From positions 86,948 through 150,947 of the forward strand of contig CAVVNF010000026.1 of assembly GCA_963749535.1 (NCBI GenBank): a stretch of DNA of 64,000 nucleotides, read 5' to 3'. A program made the translations under genes and the position numbers. Below, one piece after another: positions 1 to 9,961 of this stretch. This stretch comes from an uncultured Thermoleophilia bacterium (lineage in GTDB: Bacteria > Actinomycetota > Thermoleophilia > RBG-16-64-13). The first letter of the stretch is position 1. Each line of letters begins with the position of its first letter. The notes below the pieces were generated by a model. That model was not told where the DNA came from and made no database searches. It worked only from the letters and a program-made list of their open reading frames with translations.

Positions 1-337
1 CGGGGTGGTCACTGACGACCTGGGCGAGCGCTGCGAGGAACTACTCGGCCGTCTCGGACTCGCAGAACGGGCCGAGTTCTCGCCTCCACAGCTCTCCCGC
101 GGCATGCGCCAAAAGACGGCTATCGCCTGCGCTCTTATCCGTCCCTTTTCGGTACTTGTCATGGATGAGCCGGTCGTGGGACTGGACACGGCCTCCATCG
201 AAGTCTTGCGACAGGTAGTGTTGGAAAGCCGAGCGGCCGGCCGTGCTGTGCTTCTGATGACCCATTCGGAAGAGTTCGCCTCCTCGGTCGCCACTCGCAC
301 GTTGCGCATCGAAGAAGGACTCGTGGTTGGCCGGTAG
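1..337 (+). CDS. ABC transporter ATP-binding protein, 3' fragment (gene starts upstream of the window)
   Basis: Translation contains the ABC signature LSRGMRQK (LSGGQ-like), Walker B VLVMDEP and H-loop MTHS, and ends with TAG at 335-337. Confidence 0.8.
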   Translation, partial: GVVTDDLGERCEELLGRLGLAERAEFSPPQLSRGMRQKTAIACALIRPFSVLVMDEPVVGLDTASIEVLRQVVLESRAAGRAVLLMTHSEEFASSVATRTLRIEEGLVVGR

Positions 338-1943
338 CCGGACGTTCAATCTCCCGTCGCTCGACGACCAAGCGGGAGATCCATTCCCTCTCGTCGATCC
401 AGGCTCCGTGCTGGCGGTGCGGCGAGCGCTTCTTCCCGGGCGGTCCCGGTTGGCTCAGCTGCAGTTGGTGTATGTCTCGTTGCTTACCGCCGGCATCGTG
501 GGTATCGTGCTCCGGGGAGTCTGGGCGAAGGTCGGTTCCTTCTTCTTGGATGTTGCGAGCCCGTACCATCTGGTTTGGGGACCGCCTGCCATTCTCCTGC
601 TTACCTTGGCGGTGCTTCGCTACAGCACCATGCAGGGATTCGTCTCTTTTTCCGAGCCCGATTGCGCGTTCCTCCTCGGAGGGCCGGTGCCCCGCAAGGG
701 CCTCGTCTGGCCGCGACTGCGCAGCGCGGCGATCGTCCTGGGAATCGGCGGAGCCGTTGTCGGCGCATTGGCCGGTTTGGCGTCTCGCGGGCCGACGATG
801 TCGGGGGTGCGGATCGGGGAAGAGACGGCCGCCGGCTTCGCGCTGGGTGTGCTCCTGGTCGCGGCAAGTTGGCACGTGCAACGCTTGGGTAGAGCTTCAC
901 TGTGGGTGCTCCGGCTAACCCTGCCCGCGATCGCTGTCGCCGTCCTTCTAGCCTTGGCTAAGAGACAAGGTGGAACCGTGAATTGGATCGCTCTGTGGTC
1001 GGGGCCCTGGGGATGGGCCGTCCTCCCCTCCGCCGGACGTGCCGGGTCGTACGGCCTGGCCGGAGTCGCCCTTCTCTGGGCGGTGGCCGTCGCCGGCTGG
1101 ATCAGCCTGCCCCTCACCGCGGACCGGTGCTCCCTCGAGAACTTCGAGCGGCGGGCCCGGACCCGCTCGCGGATGGTCGCCGCCCTCTACTCCTTTGACA
1201 CGCGTTTTGTGGTACTCGCCAGCCGCCGATCGCGGTCGAGGCTGCCCCGGATCCATCTCCGCCTCCCCCCGCCACGGAGGCCGTTCTTCGTGCTCAGTTG
1301 GCGAGGGTCGCTGGGGCTCATCCGGTCACCGCTCCGGCTCGGGTGGGGCATCCTGCTAAGCGGCGCCAGCGCCTTGTTCATCGCGGTTGGGCACGGCCAC
1401 CGGGGGACCGTTTGGGGCGGCGCTCTCATCCTGTATCTCGCCGCCGGCGCGCTCCTCGAGCCCCTCCGGTTGGAGGTGGATTCTCCGGCGGCTTCCCACC
1501 TGCTGCTTCCCTGGCCGTACGGGCGGGTCCTCTGGCTTCACTGCCTGCTGCCGACTGCGATCATGGCCCTGACGGGCATCGTGACGGTCAGCGCGGGCTG
1601 GGCCGCGGGGGATGTCTCATCGGGAGCTTTGGTGGCATTCCTGGTGACCGTGATCCCCGTGACGCTCATGGTGGTGCTCGGTGCGGCCCTCTCCGCCCGC
1701 CGCGGGGGGCGCGTGCCCGTGAACCTGGTGCTCATGACCGCCGGTGACAGCACCGGGCTGAGCGTGCTGGGCATCGTCGCATGGATATTCGCGTGGGCCG
1801 TCTTCGTGATCGCGGTGCTTGCCGTCGCAGCAGGCCGTCTTGCTCAAGCCGGTTCGCCTCTGTCGGGCGCGGTGGCGCTAGCGTTGGGCTTCATCGTCCT
1901 TGCCGTGATCCTGCAACGGGTCCTTCTCGCCTCGAAAGCGTGA
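327..1943 (+). CDS. ABC transporter permease, very hydrophobic and polytopic, substrate unknown
   Basis: 538-aa ORF with a TTG start overlapping the ATPase stop. It has many predicted TM helices and no soluble domains, and sits immediately downstream of the ABC ATPase. Confidence 0.55.
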   Translation: MAGSRTFNLPSLDDQAGDPFPLVDPGSVLAVRRALLPGRSRLAQLQLVYVSLLTAGIVGIVLRGVWAKVGSFFLDVASPYHLVWGPPAILLLTLAVLRYSTMQGFVSFSEPDCAFLLGGPVPRKGLVWPRLRSAAIVLGIGGAVVGALAGLASRGPTMSGVRIGEETAAGFALGVLLVAASWHVQRLGRASLWVLRLTLPAIAVAVLLALAKRQGGTVNWIALWSGPWGWAVLPSAGRAGSYGLAGVALLWAVAVAGWISLPLTADRCSLENFERRARTRSRMVAALYSFDTRFVVLASRRSRSRLPRIHLRLPPPRRPFFVLSWRGSLGLIRSPLRLGWGILLSGASALFIAVGHGHRGTVWGGALILYLAAGALLEPLRLEVDSPAASHLLLPWPYGRVLWLHCLLPTAIMALTGIVTVSAGWAAGDVSSGALVAFLVTVIPVTLMVVLGAALSARRGGRVPVNLVLMTAGDSTGLSVLGIVAWIFAWAVFVIAVLAVAAGRLAQAGSPLSGAVALALGFIVLAVILQRVLLASKA

Positions 1944-1949
1944 CGTGGC

Positions 1950-2237
1950 TCACCCGAATCGGTAGGAGACTCCAAACCCTCCGCGGGGGTAATGCCACTC
2001 TATAGCCAGGCCGGTGTTGGGACACACGACCCGGCACGTCCCGCATTCCAGGCAACCGGCGTAGTCGAAGCTGAGCTCACCGTCCTTGATGGTGTAGAGA
2101 TCCGCGGGACACGAGAAGGTGCACGGCTTGACGTCGCAGTCAAGGCAGGTCTCCTTGTGCACGACGATGTGGGCCTCGTGGTCATCGACCACATACTTGT
2201 CCACGCCAAGAAGTTCCTCGATCTTCATACGTTTCAC
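1950..2237 (-). CDS. fixX: Ferredoxin-like protein FixX (4Fe-4S, ETF-quinone oxidoreductase partner)
   Basis: 95 aa with a Cys pattern typical of FixX (CLDC...C...CP, CLECGTCRVVCP). It overlaps the fixC stop by 4 bp. Confidence 0.85.
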   Translation of the reverse strand: MKRMKIEELLGVDKYVVDDHEAHIVVHKETCLDCDVKPCTFSCPADLYTIKDGELSFDYAGCLECGTCRVVCPNTGLAIEWHYPRGGFGVSYRFG

Positions 2238-3529
2238 AGAGATCGCGCTCCCTTCCAGCCGTCACGAAGCGCCTGGGTGACGCTGACGCCACTCGCCCTC
2301 GTCTGGGTCATGATCTTTCTGAAGAGACTGGCCGGGGGCCTACCGTCGACCGTGAAGAGGTCGCCGGCCAGACCGGTCACGAGCTTTGGATAGGCGTTGA
2401 AGATCCGCTTGTTCTCGAGGAAATGGGGCGCTTTGCGGTAGGCCTTGAGTTCGCGAAGCACGAAGCTTTGTTGCAGGAGATCGTGATAGCGACGCAGTCC
2501 GTCCCGAGAGAAATCGTCGCGCGCCCGGGCCTCCACGACAGCACGCGCGGCGGCCTCGCCGGAGGCGATGGCAAAGTCCATGCCGCGCACCGTGTAGCCA
2601 AGATTGAGGGCAAACCCGGCCGCGTCCCCGATTACCAGGATCCCATCGCCGAATAGGCGCGGCATCATCTGGAGCCCCGCCTCTGGTACCAGGTGGGCCG
2701 AGTATTCGGCCACCTCTCCCCCGTCGAGCAGCGGGGCGACGCGGCTGTTGGCCTTGAAGTCCTCCAGGACGTCCGATAGCTTCGACCCGTGGCGCACCAA
2801 TTCCGCCGCGGAAACGACCAGGCCCAGCGAGACGCTGCGCTTGTTGGTGTAGAGAAAGCCGCCCCCCTGTATCCCTCTGGAGCAGTCGCCGACGAAGAGT
2901 TGGGCTGCGCCGTTGTCGCCTTCCAGTTGAAAGCGCTGGCGAATGGCGTCGGCAGGCAGTTCGATGATCTCTTTGACCCCCACCGCCACCTGGCCGGCGC
3001 CGAACATCTTGGCCAATCCGGCTTCCTGAGCCATGAGCGAATTCACGCCGTCGGCGGCAATCACGACATCGGCCAGCATCTCGTCATCGCCCGCCCGTAT
3101 CCCCGCGACCCTGCCGTCCCGGATCAACAGGTTGTCCACCCTGATACCGCACGCAAGAAGCGCTCCGGCCTCTTCGGCTTTGGTGGCCAGCCAATTGTCG
3201 AACTCCGCCCGCAAAAGAGTAAATGAATGATGTGAAGGCTCGGCCCACTGCATGTCCTGTGAGCTGACCGAAACGCTCCGTTCCCCGCTCAGGAAGGTGA
3301 TCACTTCCCGGGTGACCTGACGCTCCACCGGAGCATCAGCCCAGAACTCAGGCATGATGCCTTTCAAAGCGTGGCTATACATCCGCCCGCCGAACATGTT
3401 CTTGCTGCCGGGCGACGTGCCCCTCTCCACCAGGACCACGTCGCAACCCTCTTTGGCCAGGATGTAAGCAGCCGTGCTTCCCGCCGGACCCGCGCCGACT
3501 ACGATCGCCGTGACCTTGTCCTCTGCCAT
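2234..3529 (-). CDS. fixC: FAD-dependent ETF-quinone oxidoreductase FixC
   Basis: N-terminal GxGxxG (VGAGPAGSTAAY), with FixC/ETF-QO-like length and order (etfBA-fixCX). Confidence 0.9.
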   Translation of the reverse strand: MAEDKVTAIVVGAGPAGSTAAYILAKEGCDVVLVERGTSPGSKNMFGGRMYSHALKGIMPEFWADAPVERQVTREVITFLSGERSVSVSSQDMQWAEPSHHSFTLLRAEFDNWLATKAEEAGALLACGIRVDNLLIRDGRVAGIRAGDDEMLADVVIAADGVNSLMAQEAGLAKMFGAGQVAVGVKEIIELPADAIRQRFQLEGDNGAAQLFVGDCSRGIQGGGFLYTNKRSVSLGLVVSAAELVRHGSKLSDVLEDFKANSRVAPLLDGGEVAEYSAHLVPEAGLQMMPRLFGDGILVIGDAAGFALNLGYTVRGMDFAIASGEAAARAVVEARARDDFSRDGLRRYHDLLQQSFVLRELKAYRKAPHFLENKRIFNAYPKLVTGLAGDLFTVDGRPPASLFRKIMTQTRASGVSVTQALRDGWKGARSL

Positions 3530-3556
3530 CTCCTGCGCCTTTCTCCCGGCCGAAGT

Positions 3557-4516
3557 CTACTTGTTCAGAGCCCTCTTGAGTTCGGCCACGAGTTCGGGGA
3601 CCACCTGGTAGAGGTCCCCCACGATCCCGTAATCGGCGGCTTCGAAGATCGGCGCATTCTCATCGCGGTTGACGGCGACCACGACCTTGCTGTCCCGGAT
3701 GCCGGTCACGTGTTGTATCTGTCCAGACACCCCCACACCCACGTAGAGGTCCGGCTTGATCTTCTTCCCGGAGATGCCAAGGTAGACCTCTTCCGGAAGC
3801 CAGTGCAACTCCTCCGCCATAGGCCGTGTGCAGCCCACCTCTCCCCCGAGCACGCCGGCCAGTTCTCGCGCGAGTCGCAGGTCTTCCTCTTTCTCTACTC
3901 CCCGGCCGACGCATACCACCGTCTTCGCCTCGGTGATGTCCACGGCCTCCCGGGTCCTCGGCTTCTGGTTGATGACCGTTGCGCCGGAGACCGGCAGAGA
4001 GGTCAACTCGCGGATGGTCCCCCGTCCCGTGCCTTTCCCCGCTGGAGCCCGATCGAAGGTACGGGGCGGAATCGTGGCCATCTGCGGGCGGGTCTTGCAG
4101 ACCACCTTCTGCACTGCAGCCCCCCCGTAGAGGAGCCGCTCCATGACCAGACGCTGCCTCTCCTCATCGAATTCAAAGCCGATGCAGCCTCCACAGAGCC
4201 CGGTGCCGAGCCGCGCCGCCACCCGAGCGGCAATCTCTTTGCCGCGCTGACTGGCTCCAACGAGAAAGACATCCGGATCCGATTCGCGGGCCGCGCTCAC
4301 AAACACATCCACATAGGCCTCGATCGGCTGACCGGCGGCGAGCGAGGGCAGCAGAAGGACCTCGTCGGCGCCATGGTCGAGGCAGTCCTCGGCCCACACG
4401 CGGTCCGGCGCGAATGCAACGAGCGTGGCATCAAGCGCGTGAGCCAGCTCCGAGCCGGCGTTCAGAAGCTCTAGAGTCTTATCCCGTTCTTCGGAGTAAA
4501 CCCAGATCGCCACCAT
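3557..4516 (-). CDS. etfA: Electron transfer flavoprotein alpha subunit (EtfA/FixB)
   Basis: 319 aa with typical EtfA C-terminal FAD-binding region (VAVNRDENAPIFEAADYGIVGDLYQVVPEL). Confidence 0.9.
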   Translation of the reverse strand: MVAIWVYSEERDKTLELLNAGSELAHALDATLVAFAPDRVWAEDCLDHGADEVLLLPSLAAGQPIEAYVDVFVSAARESDPDVFLVGASQRGKEIAARVAARLGTGLCGGCIGFEFDEERQRLVMERLLYGGAAVQKVVCKTRPQMATIPPRTFDRAPAGKGTGRGTIRELTSLPVSGATVINQKPRTREAVDITEAKTVVCVGRGVEKEEDLRLARELAGVLGGEVGCTRPMAEELHWLPEEVYLGISGKKIKPDLYVGVGVSGQIQHVTGIRDSKVVVAVNRDENAPIFEAADYGIVGDLYQVVPELVAELKRALNK

Positions 4517-4530
4517 TGACTACCACTCCT

Positions 4531-5316
4531 TTAGGCGATAACGCCTTCCTTGAGAAGAGCATTCACGACCGTACGGATGTCCTCCGCCTCTGCCCCGAAC
4601 CGCAAACGCTTCCGATCGGTAGTCGCGCCCAAGACGCTGAGGGTCTCCAGGCAGGGCTCGAAATCCGCCGTGAAGTCTTGGCCAAGGTCACTCATGGCGA
4701 TCTGGTCCACCGGCTTCCTGGCGGCTTCCAGGATCTGCTTCAAACTTGGGATACGGGGCGTGTTGATGTCGGGGGTCACCGTCACCAGCCCCGGTAGCGG
4801 CACCGAGACGACCTCGAAGACGTCGTCGAGCTTCCGCTCCGCTAAGACACTGTTGGCCGCCTCGTCGTACGAGAGAGTGCGGGCGCAGGTGGCGCACGCG
4901 ATCCCGAGCTTCTCCGCGAGGGCCGGCCCCACCTGCTGCGCGTAAAGATCGCTCGATCCCTCGCCGCAGATGATGAGGTCGAAATCGCCCTGCGCCTTGA
5001 TGGCGGCGGCCAGGATGCTGCTGGTCTGACTGGGCTCTAGCTCGACAAAGGCCGGGTCGTTAACGAACACGAGCTTGTCCGGCCCGCGGGACAGGACGTC
5101 TTTTATGCAGTTCTTCGCCGAAGGAGAAGCCACGGTCACCGCCGTGACGCTCGCTCCATGCAGCTCACGGAGGCGCACCGCCTCCTCGATGGCGTTCCGG
5201 TCGTACTCGCTGGTCTTGTAACTGGCTCTGTCGAGGACCAACGCGCGTGAACCCACGTCGATCTTGATGTCGGCCTCGTCCACGACCCATTTGAAACACG
5301 TGATTATCTTTAACAT
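4531..5316 (-). CDS. etfB: Electron transfer flavoprotein beta subunit (EtfB/FixA)
   Basis: MLKIITCFKWVVDEADIKI N-terminus typical of EtfB. ATG at 5316 is preceded by a GAGGGG RBS; the track ORF extends to 5340. Confidence 0.9.
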   Translation of the reverse strand: MLKIITCFKWVVDEADIKIDVGSRALVLDRASYKTSEYDRNAIEEAVRLRELHGASVTAVTVASPSAKNCIKDVLSRGPDKLVFVNDPAFVELEPSQTSSILAAAIKAQGDFDLIICGEGSSDLYAQQVGPALAEKLGIACATCARTLSYDEAANSVLAERKLDDVFEVVSVPLPGLVTVTPDINTPRIPSLKQILEAARKPVDQIAMSDLGQDFTADFEPCLETLSVLGATTDRKRLRFGAEAEDIRTVVNALLKEGVIA

Positions 5317-5336
5317 GTGTCGCCCCTCGGCCGCAC

Positions 5337-6479
5337 TCAACGCAGCAAATTGCCCGCGATGACCATCCTCATGACTTCCGACGTGCCCTCGTAGATCTCG
5401 GTGGCCTTGGCATCACGATACAGTCGCTCCACTTTGTGCCCCTTGATAAACCCGATGCCGCCGTGGATCTGGATCGCGCGGCTGCTGTCGCGAGCGGCCG
5501 CCTCGGAGGCGAACAACTTGGCCATTGCCGCCTCGGTGGCATATGGGAGTCCCTGGTCGTAACACCAGGCCGCCTGATACGTAAGGTGCCTGGCCGCTGC
5601 GACGTCGACGGCCATGTCGGAGATCATCCACTGGACACCCTGGAAAGACCCGATCGGTTTGCCGAACTGGACTCGTTCCTTGGAGTAGCCGATGGATTCG
5701 TCGAGCGCGGCTTGGGCGATCCCCAAGGCCTGGGCGGCGATCGATATCCTCCCCCCGTCCAAGGTCGTCATGGCGATCTTGAAGCCCATACCTTCCTCGC
5801 CAAGGAGGTTTGCCTTCGGGACCCGACAATCCTTGATGACCACCTCGGAGGTCAACGCCGCCCGGATGCCCATCTTGTCCAGATGCTTCCCCGCCCGGAT
5901 GCCCGGGGTGTCGGCCGGAACGACGAAGGCACTGAGGCCTCTGGCCCCCTTAGCACGATCGGTGCTGGCAAGGACGACGAAGGCCCCCGCCACCGGAGCG
6001 CTCGTGATGAACGTCTTGGTCCCGTTGAGCACGTAGCCGTCTCCGTCGACGACCGCCGTCGTGCTGATGGCGCCCACATCGGTGCCGGCTCCCGGCTCGG
6101 TGAGCGCGAAGGAACCGAGGATCTCGCCTCGGCAGAGAGGAGCGAGCCATCGTTGCTTCTGTTCCTCGGTTCCGTACTTGAACAGCGGAAAGCAAGCAAG
6201 AAGAGTGTGCCCTGCAAGGATGACCCCGGTGGAAGCGCACGAACGAGAAAGTTCCTCGATCACGATCACGCAGGTGAGGAGGTCGGAACCAGCTCCGCCA
6301 TATTCGGCTGGGTAAGGGATACCGAACCAATCCTGCTCGGCGATACGCTTGATGTTCTCAGCGGGGAAACGGGACTGCTCGTCCACTTCTTCCGCTATGG
6401 GGTCAACATACTTCTCACAGAACTCCCGGACGCTGGCCCGGACCAGTTGCTGCTCTTCCGTCGCTTCGTAACTCATCAA
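5337..6479 (-). CDS. acd: Acyl-CoA dehydrogenase (short/medium-chain, butyryl-CoA dehydrogenase-like)
   Basis: 380 aa with acyl-CoA dehydrogenase signatures (GxxALTEPGAGTD, YxGTxEV at C-terminus). First gene of the acd-etfBA-fixCX operon. Confidence 0.9.
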   Translation of the reverse strand: MMSYEATEEQQLVRASVREFCEKYVDPIAEEVDEQSRFPAENIKRIAEQDWFGIPYPAEYGGAGSDLLTCVIVIEELSRSCASTGVILAGHTLLACFPLFKYGTEEQKQRWLAPLCRGEILGSFALTEPGAGTDVGAISTTAVVDGDGYVLNGTKTFITSAPVAGAFVVLASTDRAKGARGLSAFVVPADTPGIRAGKHLDKMGIRAALTSEVVIKDCRVPKANLLGEEGMGFKIAMTTLDGGRISIAAQALGIAQAALDESIGYSKERVQFGKPIGSFQGVQWMISDMAVDVAAARHLTYQAAWCYDQGLPYATEAAMAKLFASEAAARDSSRAIQIHGGIGFIKGHKVERLYRDAKATEIYEGTSEVMRMVIAGNLLR

Positions 6480-6780
6480 AGACCGCCTTGGTAGTGCTCA
6501 CGTCCCGACCAACTGCGCCCAACGGCTCACATCCTAGGAGGGCCAGGCCGTTTCAGCTTACCAGCCGCACCGGACGGAGTCACCGACCCTCGTGGCCCCG
6601 CTCGCCGCGTGATCGAGAAGGGCGGCTCGTCCAAAGTCGAACCGAAGATCAAGCCATCTTGATGCGCTCGCTAGCTTACCATTACGCCTCGCGGAAACGG
6701 CCATGATCGTGCGGCCGAGGCAGTGGCCGGGGCTGAAGGGGATCGATGGATGTTCTGCCGGGAATCGTCTGCTTGTGTCA

Positions 6781-6810
6781 TTGACATAGCCCAGAATGGA
6801 ATCGTAATAT
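6781..6810 (+). promoter_or_regulatory. Candidate sigma70-like promoter (TTGACA-N18-TAATAT) with a ~260 nt leader to the SBP gene
   Basis: Hexamers read directly at 6781-6786 and 6805-6810; the downstream long untranslated leader ends at the RBS AAGGGGG. Confidence 0.4.
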
Positions 6811-7073
6811 CAGGTTCGACAACGCGACGATCGCGTGTCTCGGTAACGCGGTGCCTGTTCTCGGGCGCGCGAGACGCGTGGAGCGAGCCGGGCCGGTCGG
6901 CTCTGGGTCAGTACCGGACAAGGACCACTACTCCGCGAGCGCGAAAGGAGGGCCCGAAGCACACCGATTCTTACGACGGAGGGTCGAGAGGGAGCAACTG
7001 TCCCCGACGGAAGTGGTCTTTTCGGCTTCTGCAAGGTGAACGAATCCCGTGTCTAAGTGATCAAGGGGGAAAC

Positions 7074-8581
7074 ATGTCGGACAGTTCGAACGAAACCCGC
7101 AACGAGCAAGACGAGCCCGGCCTCTTGGAAGGAAAGTCCGTCAGTAGGCGTGACTTCTTGAAGATCGCCGGTATCGCAGGCGCAACCATCGGCGTGGGCG
7201 CCGGCCTTGGCGGCCTCGTGGCTGCCTGCGGCGGCACCACCACGACCACCACTGCAGCTACCACTGCCACTACAGCCGGGCCCACCACCACGGCCGGCCC
7301 GACCACAACCGCCGGCGCAACCACTACCGTCAGTTCTGCCGCCACTACCGGCCGGGAGATCAAACTCGGTTTTGTTACTCCGCAGACAGGCGCCCTGGCC
7401 TCCTTCGGTATCCCCGACAAATACTGCGTGGACCGCTGGAAGGAAGCCATCGGCACCGGTATGGTCCTTGGTGACGGCCAGAACCACCCGATCAGCATCA
7501 CCGTATCGGACAGCCAGTCCGACGACAACCGGGCGGCGCAGGTGGCGGGCGACCTCATCAACAACACCAACATAGACATGATGATGGTGGCCTCCACGCC
7601 GGACACCGTGACCCCGGTGGTGGAGCAGTGCGAAGCCGCCGGCTGCCCGGTGGTCTCCACTGACTGCCCGTGGCAGACCTACCTGGGTAACAACTTCGCG
7701 ACCGGATACAAGTGGTCCTATCACGTCTTCTTCGGCGGAGAAGACTGGATGACCGAGAACGTGAAGACCTACGACGCCATCCCCACCAACAAGGTCGTGG
7801 GCTACATGCTGCCCAACGACGCCGATGGCAACTACTACCGCACGGTCTACCCCGGCTTCCTTACGAATGCCGGGATATAAGCCGGTGGACGGCGGGGCCT
7901 ATCAGGACGGCACGGAAGACTACTCCAACGTCATCACTAAGTTCAAAAGCGCTGGGGCCGAGATCCTGACCGGTGTCATGATCCCGCCCGACATGACCAA
8001 CTTCTGGAAGCAGGCGCAGCAGCAAGGCTGGGTCCCCAAGTTGGCTCTGGTGGGCAAAGCACTGCTGTTCCCGCAGTCGGTCGATGCCCTGGGCGACATC
8101 GCCAACGGTCTTCTGACCGAGCTGTGGTGGCACCGCACCTTCCCGTGGAAGTCCTCGCTCTCCGGGGAGACCTGCGCCCAGTTGGCGGATGCGTTCGAGG
8201 CGGCCACCAACACCCAGCAGACAGCCCCGCTCCTGCACTACGTGGTGGGCGAGATGGCCATAAACGCTTTGAAGACCGCCACGGATCCCACCAGCAAGGA
8301 CGCCATCCTCCAGGCTTCGTCGCACGGCGAACTTCAACTCCATCGTGGGGCCCATCGACTTCACGGCTCCTCTGGTGACTCCCACCGGCACCGGCAACTC
8401 GGACTTCCCGCCTGGGCCGGGCCACAAGACCAAGAACGTTTACGACAGCGGCCTCGGAGCGGCCCAGTGGCTCGAGCAAGGTGGCAAGTATAAGTTTACC
8501 GAAGTGCCGGTCAACAACGCCGCGGCTCCGTTCCTGACCGCTGATCTGCTTTCGGCGCCCAAGGCGCTGCCAATCGCCTAG
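7074..8581 (+). pseudogene. ABC transporter substrate-binding protein (Leu/Ile/Val/amide-binding family) with TAT signal, lipobox and Thr-rich linker; interrupted by two +1 frameshifts
   Basis: RBS AAGGGGG precedes the ATG at 7074. It has an SRRDFLKIAGIAGATIG twin-arginine motif and LVAACGG lipobox. The SBP domain continues across three frames (7074-7880, 7825-~8335, 8345-8581), with indels near 7871 (gggATataag) and ~8326 (ggcGaacttc). Confidence 0.8.
7240..7345 (+). repeat. Low-complexity Thr/Ala/Gly/Pro-coding repeat (ACC/ACN-rich) forming the SBP lipoprotein linker
   Basis: Encodes TTTTTTAATTATTAGPTTTAGPTTTAGATTTV with degenerate 15-bp periodicity. Confidence 0.7.
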
Positions 8582-8606
8582 TAGACCGTCTCGATCAGAG
8601 ACTAAG

Positions 8607-8651
8607 AAAAGACCGCCGGCGAGGGCGCTGTCCTCGCCGGCGGTCTTTTTC
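8607..8651. terminator. Bidirectional rho-independent terminator between convergent SBP and thiolase genes
   Basis: AAAA-GACCGCCGGCGAGG-gcgctgt-CCTCGCCGGCGGTC-TTTTTC: a 14-bp GC stem flanked by A-run and T-run. Confidence 0.65.
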
Positions 8652-8746
8652 TCATCTGCCGGCAGTCGGCCTCACAGGTAGCCCGCGCTTCAACTGGCCG
8701 ACTCCCGATCCCGCGAGAATCCAGGCAGGCGAACCAGCCTTTTCGA

Positions 8747-9937
8747 CTACTTCCGCTCGACGAGTGCCGCGATGCCCTGGCCGCCACCAATGCACATTGT
8801 GTTCAGGCCATACCGAGCCCCACGCCGTTTCATCTCATACAGGAGCGTGGCCATTATCCTGGCCCCAGTGGCCGCCACCGGGTGCCCGAGAGCTATCCCG
8901 GAGCCGTTGACGTTCACATTGCTGTAATCGGTGATCCCCAGTTCCATCAAGACGCCGATGGCTTGGGCGGCGAACGCTTCGTTCACCTCGATCAGATCGA
9001 TGTCTGCAAGGCTCAGCCCTGTCTTTTCCAGAACCTTCTTGACCGCCGGCACAGGCCCCAGTCCCATATACCCGGGATGCACACCCGCGACCGCCCAAGC
9101 TCTGATGTAGCCCATGGGCTCGAGTCCCAACCGGTCCGCCGTCCTCTCAGACATCAAGACACACGCCGCCGCGCCGTCGTTCATGCCGGAGGAGTTGCCC
9201 GCGGTGATGGTTTCGCCAACGAGCGGCTTCAATTTGGACAGACTCTCAAGCGTTACTTCAGGACGAGGATGCTCGTCGCGCTGGAACATCACGTCCGGCC
9301 CCTTCTTCTGCGGCACCGGGACCGGAACGATCTCGTCCACGAACTTGCCGGCTTCGATGGCCGCGTGCGCATTACGCTGGCTGCGCAAAGAGAACTCATC
9401 CTGCGTCTCGCGGGATATGCCCAGCTTCTCGGCCACGTTCGCGGCGGTGTAGAGCATCGAGGGGATGCGTCCGAAGCGGTGCGTGGAGATGGTCTCGGTG
9501 GCACGGGTCCAGCGGTCGTTCAGGGACGCGGATCCCAGTCTGATACCCCACCGGGCACCGGTAAGATAGAACTCCATGTTGCTCATACTCTCCACGCCGC
9601 CGGCCACGACGATGCGCGCGTTGCCGGTCTGGATCTGCATGGTGGCGTCGCAGATGGCCTGCAGACCGGAGCCGCATTGCCGCTCGACGCCGTAGGCCGG
9701 CACCTCGACAGGGAAATCGGCGAGGAGCACCGCCTGGCGGGCGACGTTGGGCGCCTCCCCGTTCATCCCGGTGTGGCCTATCACGACGTCGTCGATCTGG
9801 GCCGGCTCGAGCCCGGCGCGCTGGACCGCCTCGCGAAGGACGAGCGCAGCTAGATCCGGCGTCTGGACGTCGCAGAGGGCGCCCCCAAATCGGCCTATCG
9901 CAGTCCTCGTCGCGCTGACGATGACGACTTCATCCAC
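8747..9937 (-). CDS. Acetyl-CoA C-acetyltransferase (thiolase II)
   Basis: 396 aa with thiolase N-terminus (VIVSATRTAIGRFGG), active-site Cys region (QCGSGL) and C-terminal GLNTMCIGGGQG. Confidence 0.9.
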   Translation of the reverse strand: MDEVVIVSATRTAIGRFGGALCDVQTPDLAALVLREAVQRAGLEPAQIDDVVIGHTGMNGEAPNVARQAVLLADFPVEVPAYGVERQCGSGLQAICDATMQIQTGNARIVVAGGVESMSNMEFYLTGARWGIRLGSASLNDRWTRATETISTHRFGRIPSMLYTAANVAEKLGISRETQDEFSLRSQRNAHAAIEAGKFVDEIVPVPVPQKKGPDVMFQRDEHPRPEVTLESLSKLKPLVGETITAGNSSGMNDGAAACVLMSERTADRLGLEPMGYIRAWAVAGVHPGYMGLGPVPAVKKVLEKTGLSLADIDLIEVNEAFAAQAIGVLMELGITDYSNVNVNGSGIALGHPVAATGARIMATLLYEMKRRGARYGLNTMCIGGGQGIAALVERK

Positions 9938-9961
9938 GTCCGAACTCCTTGCCTGTAGTGA

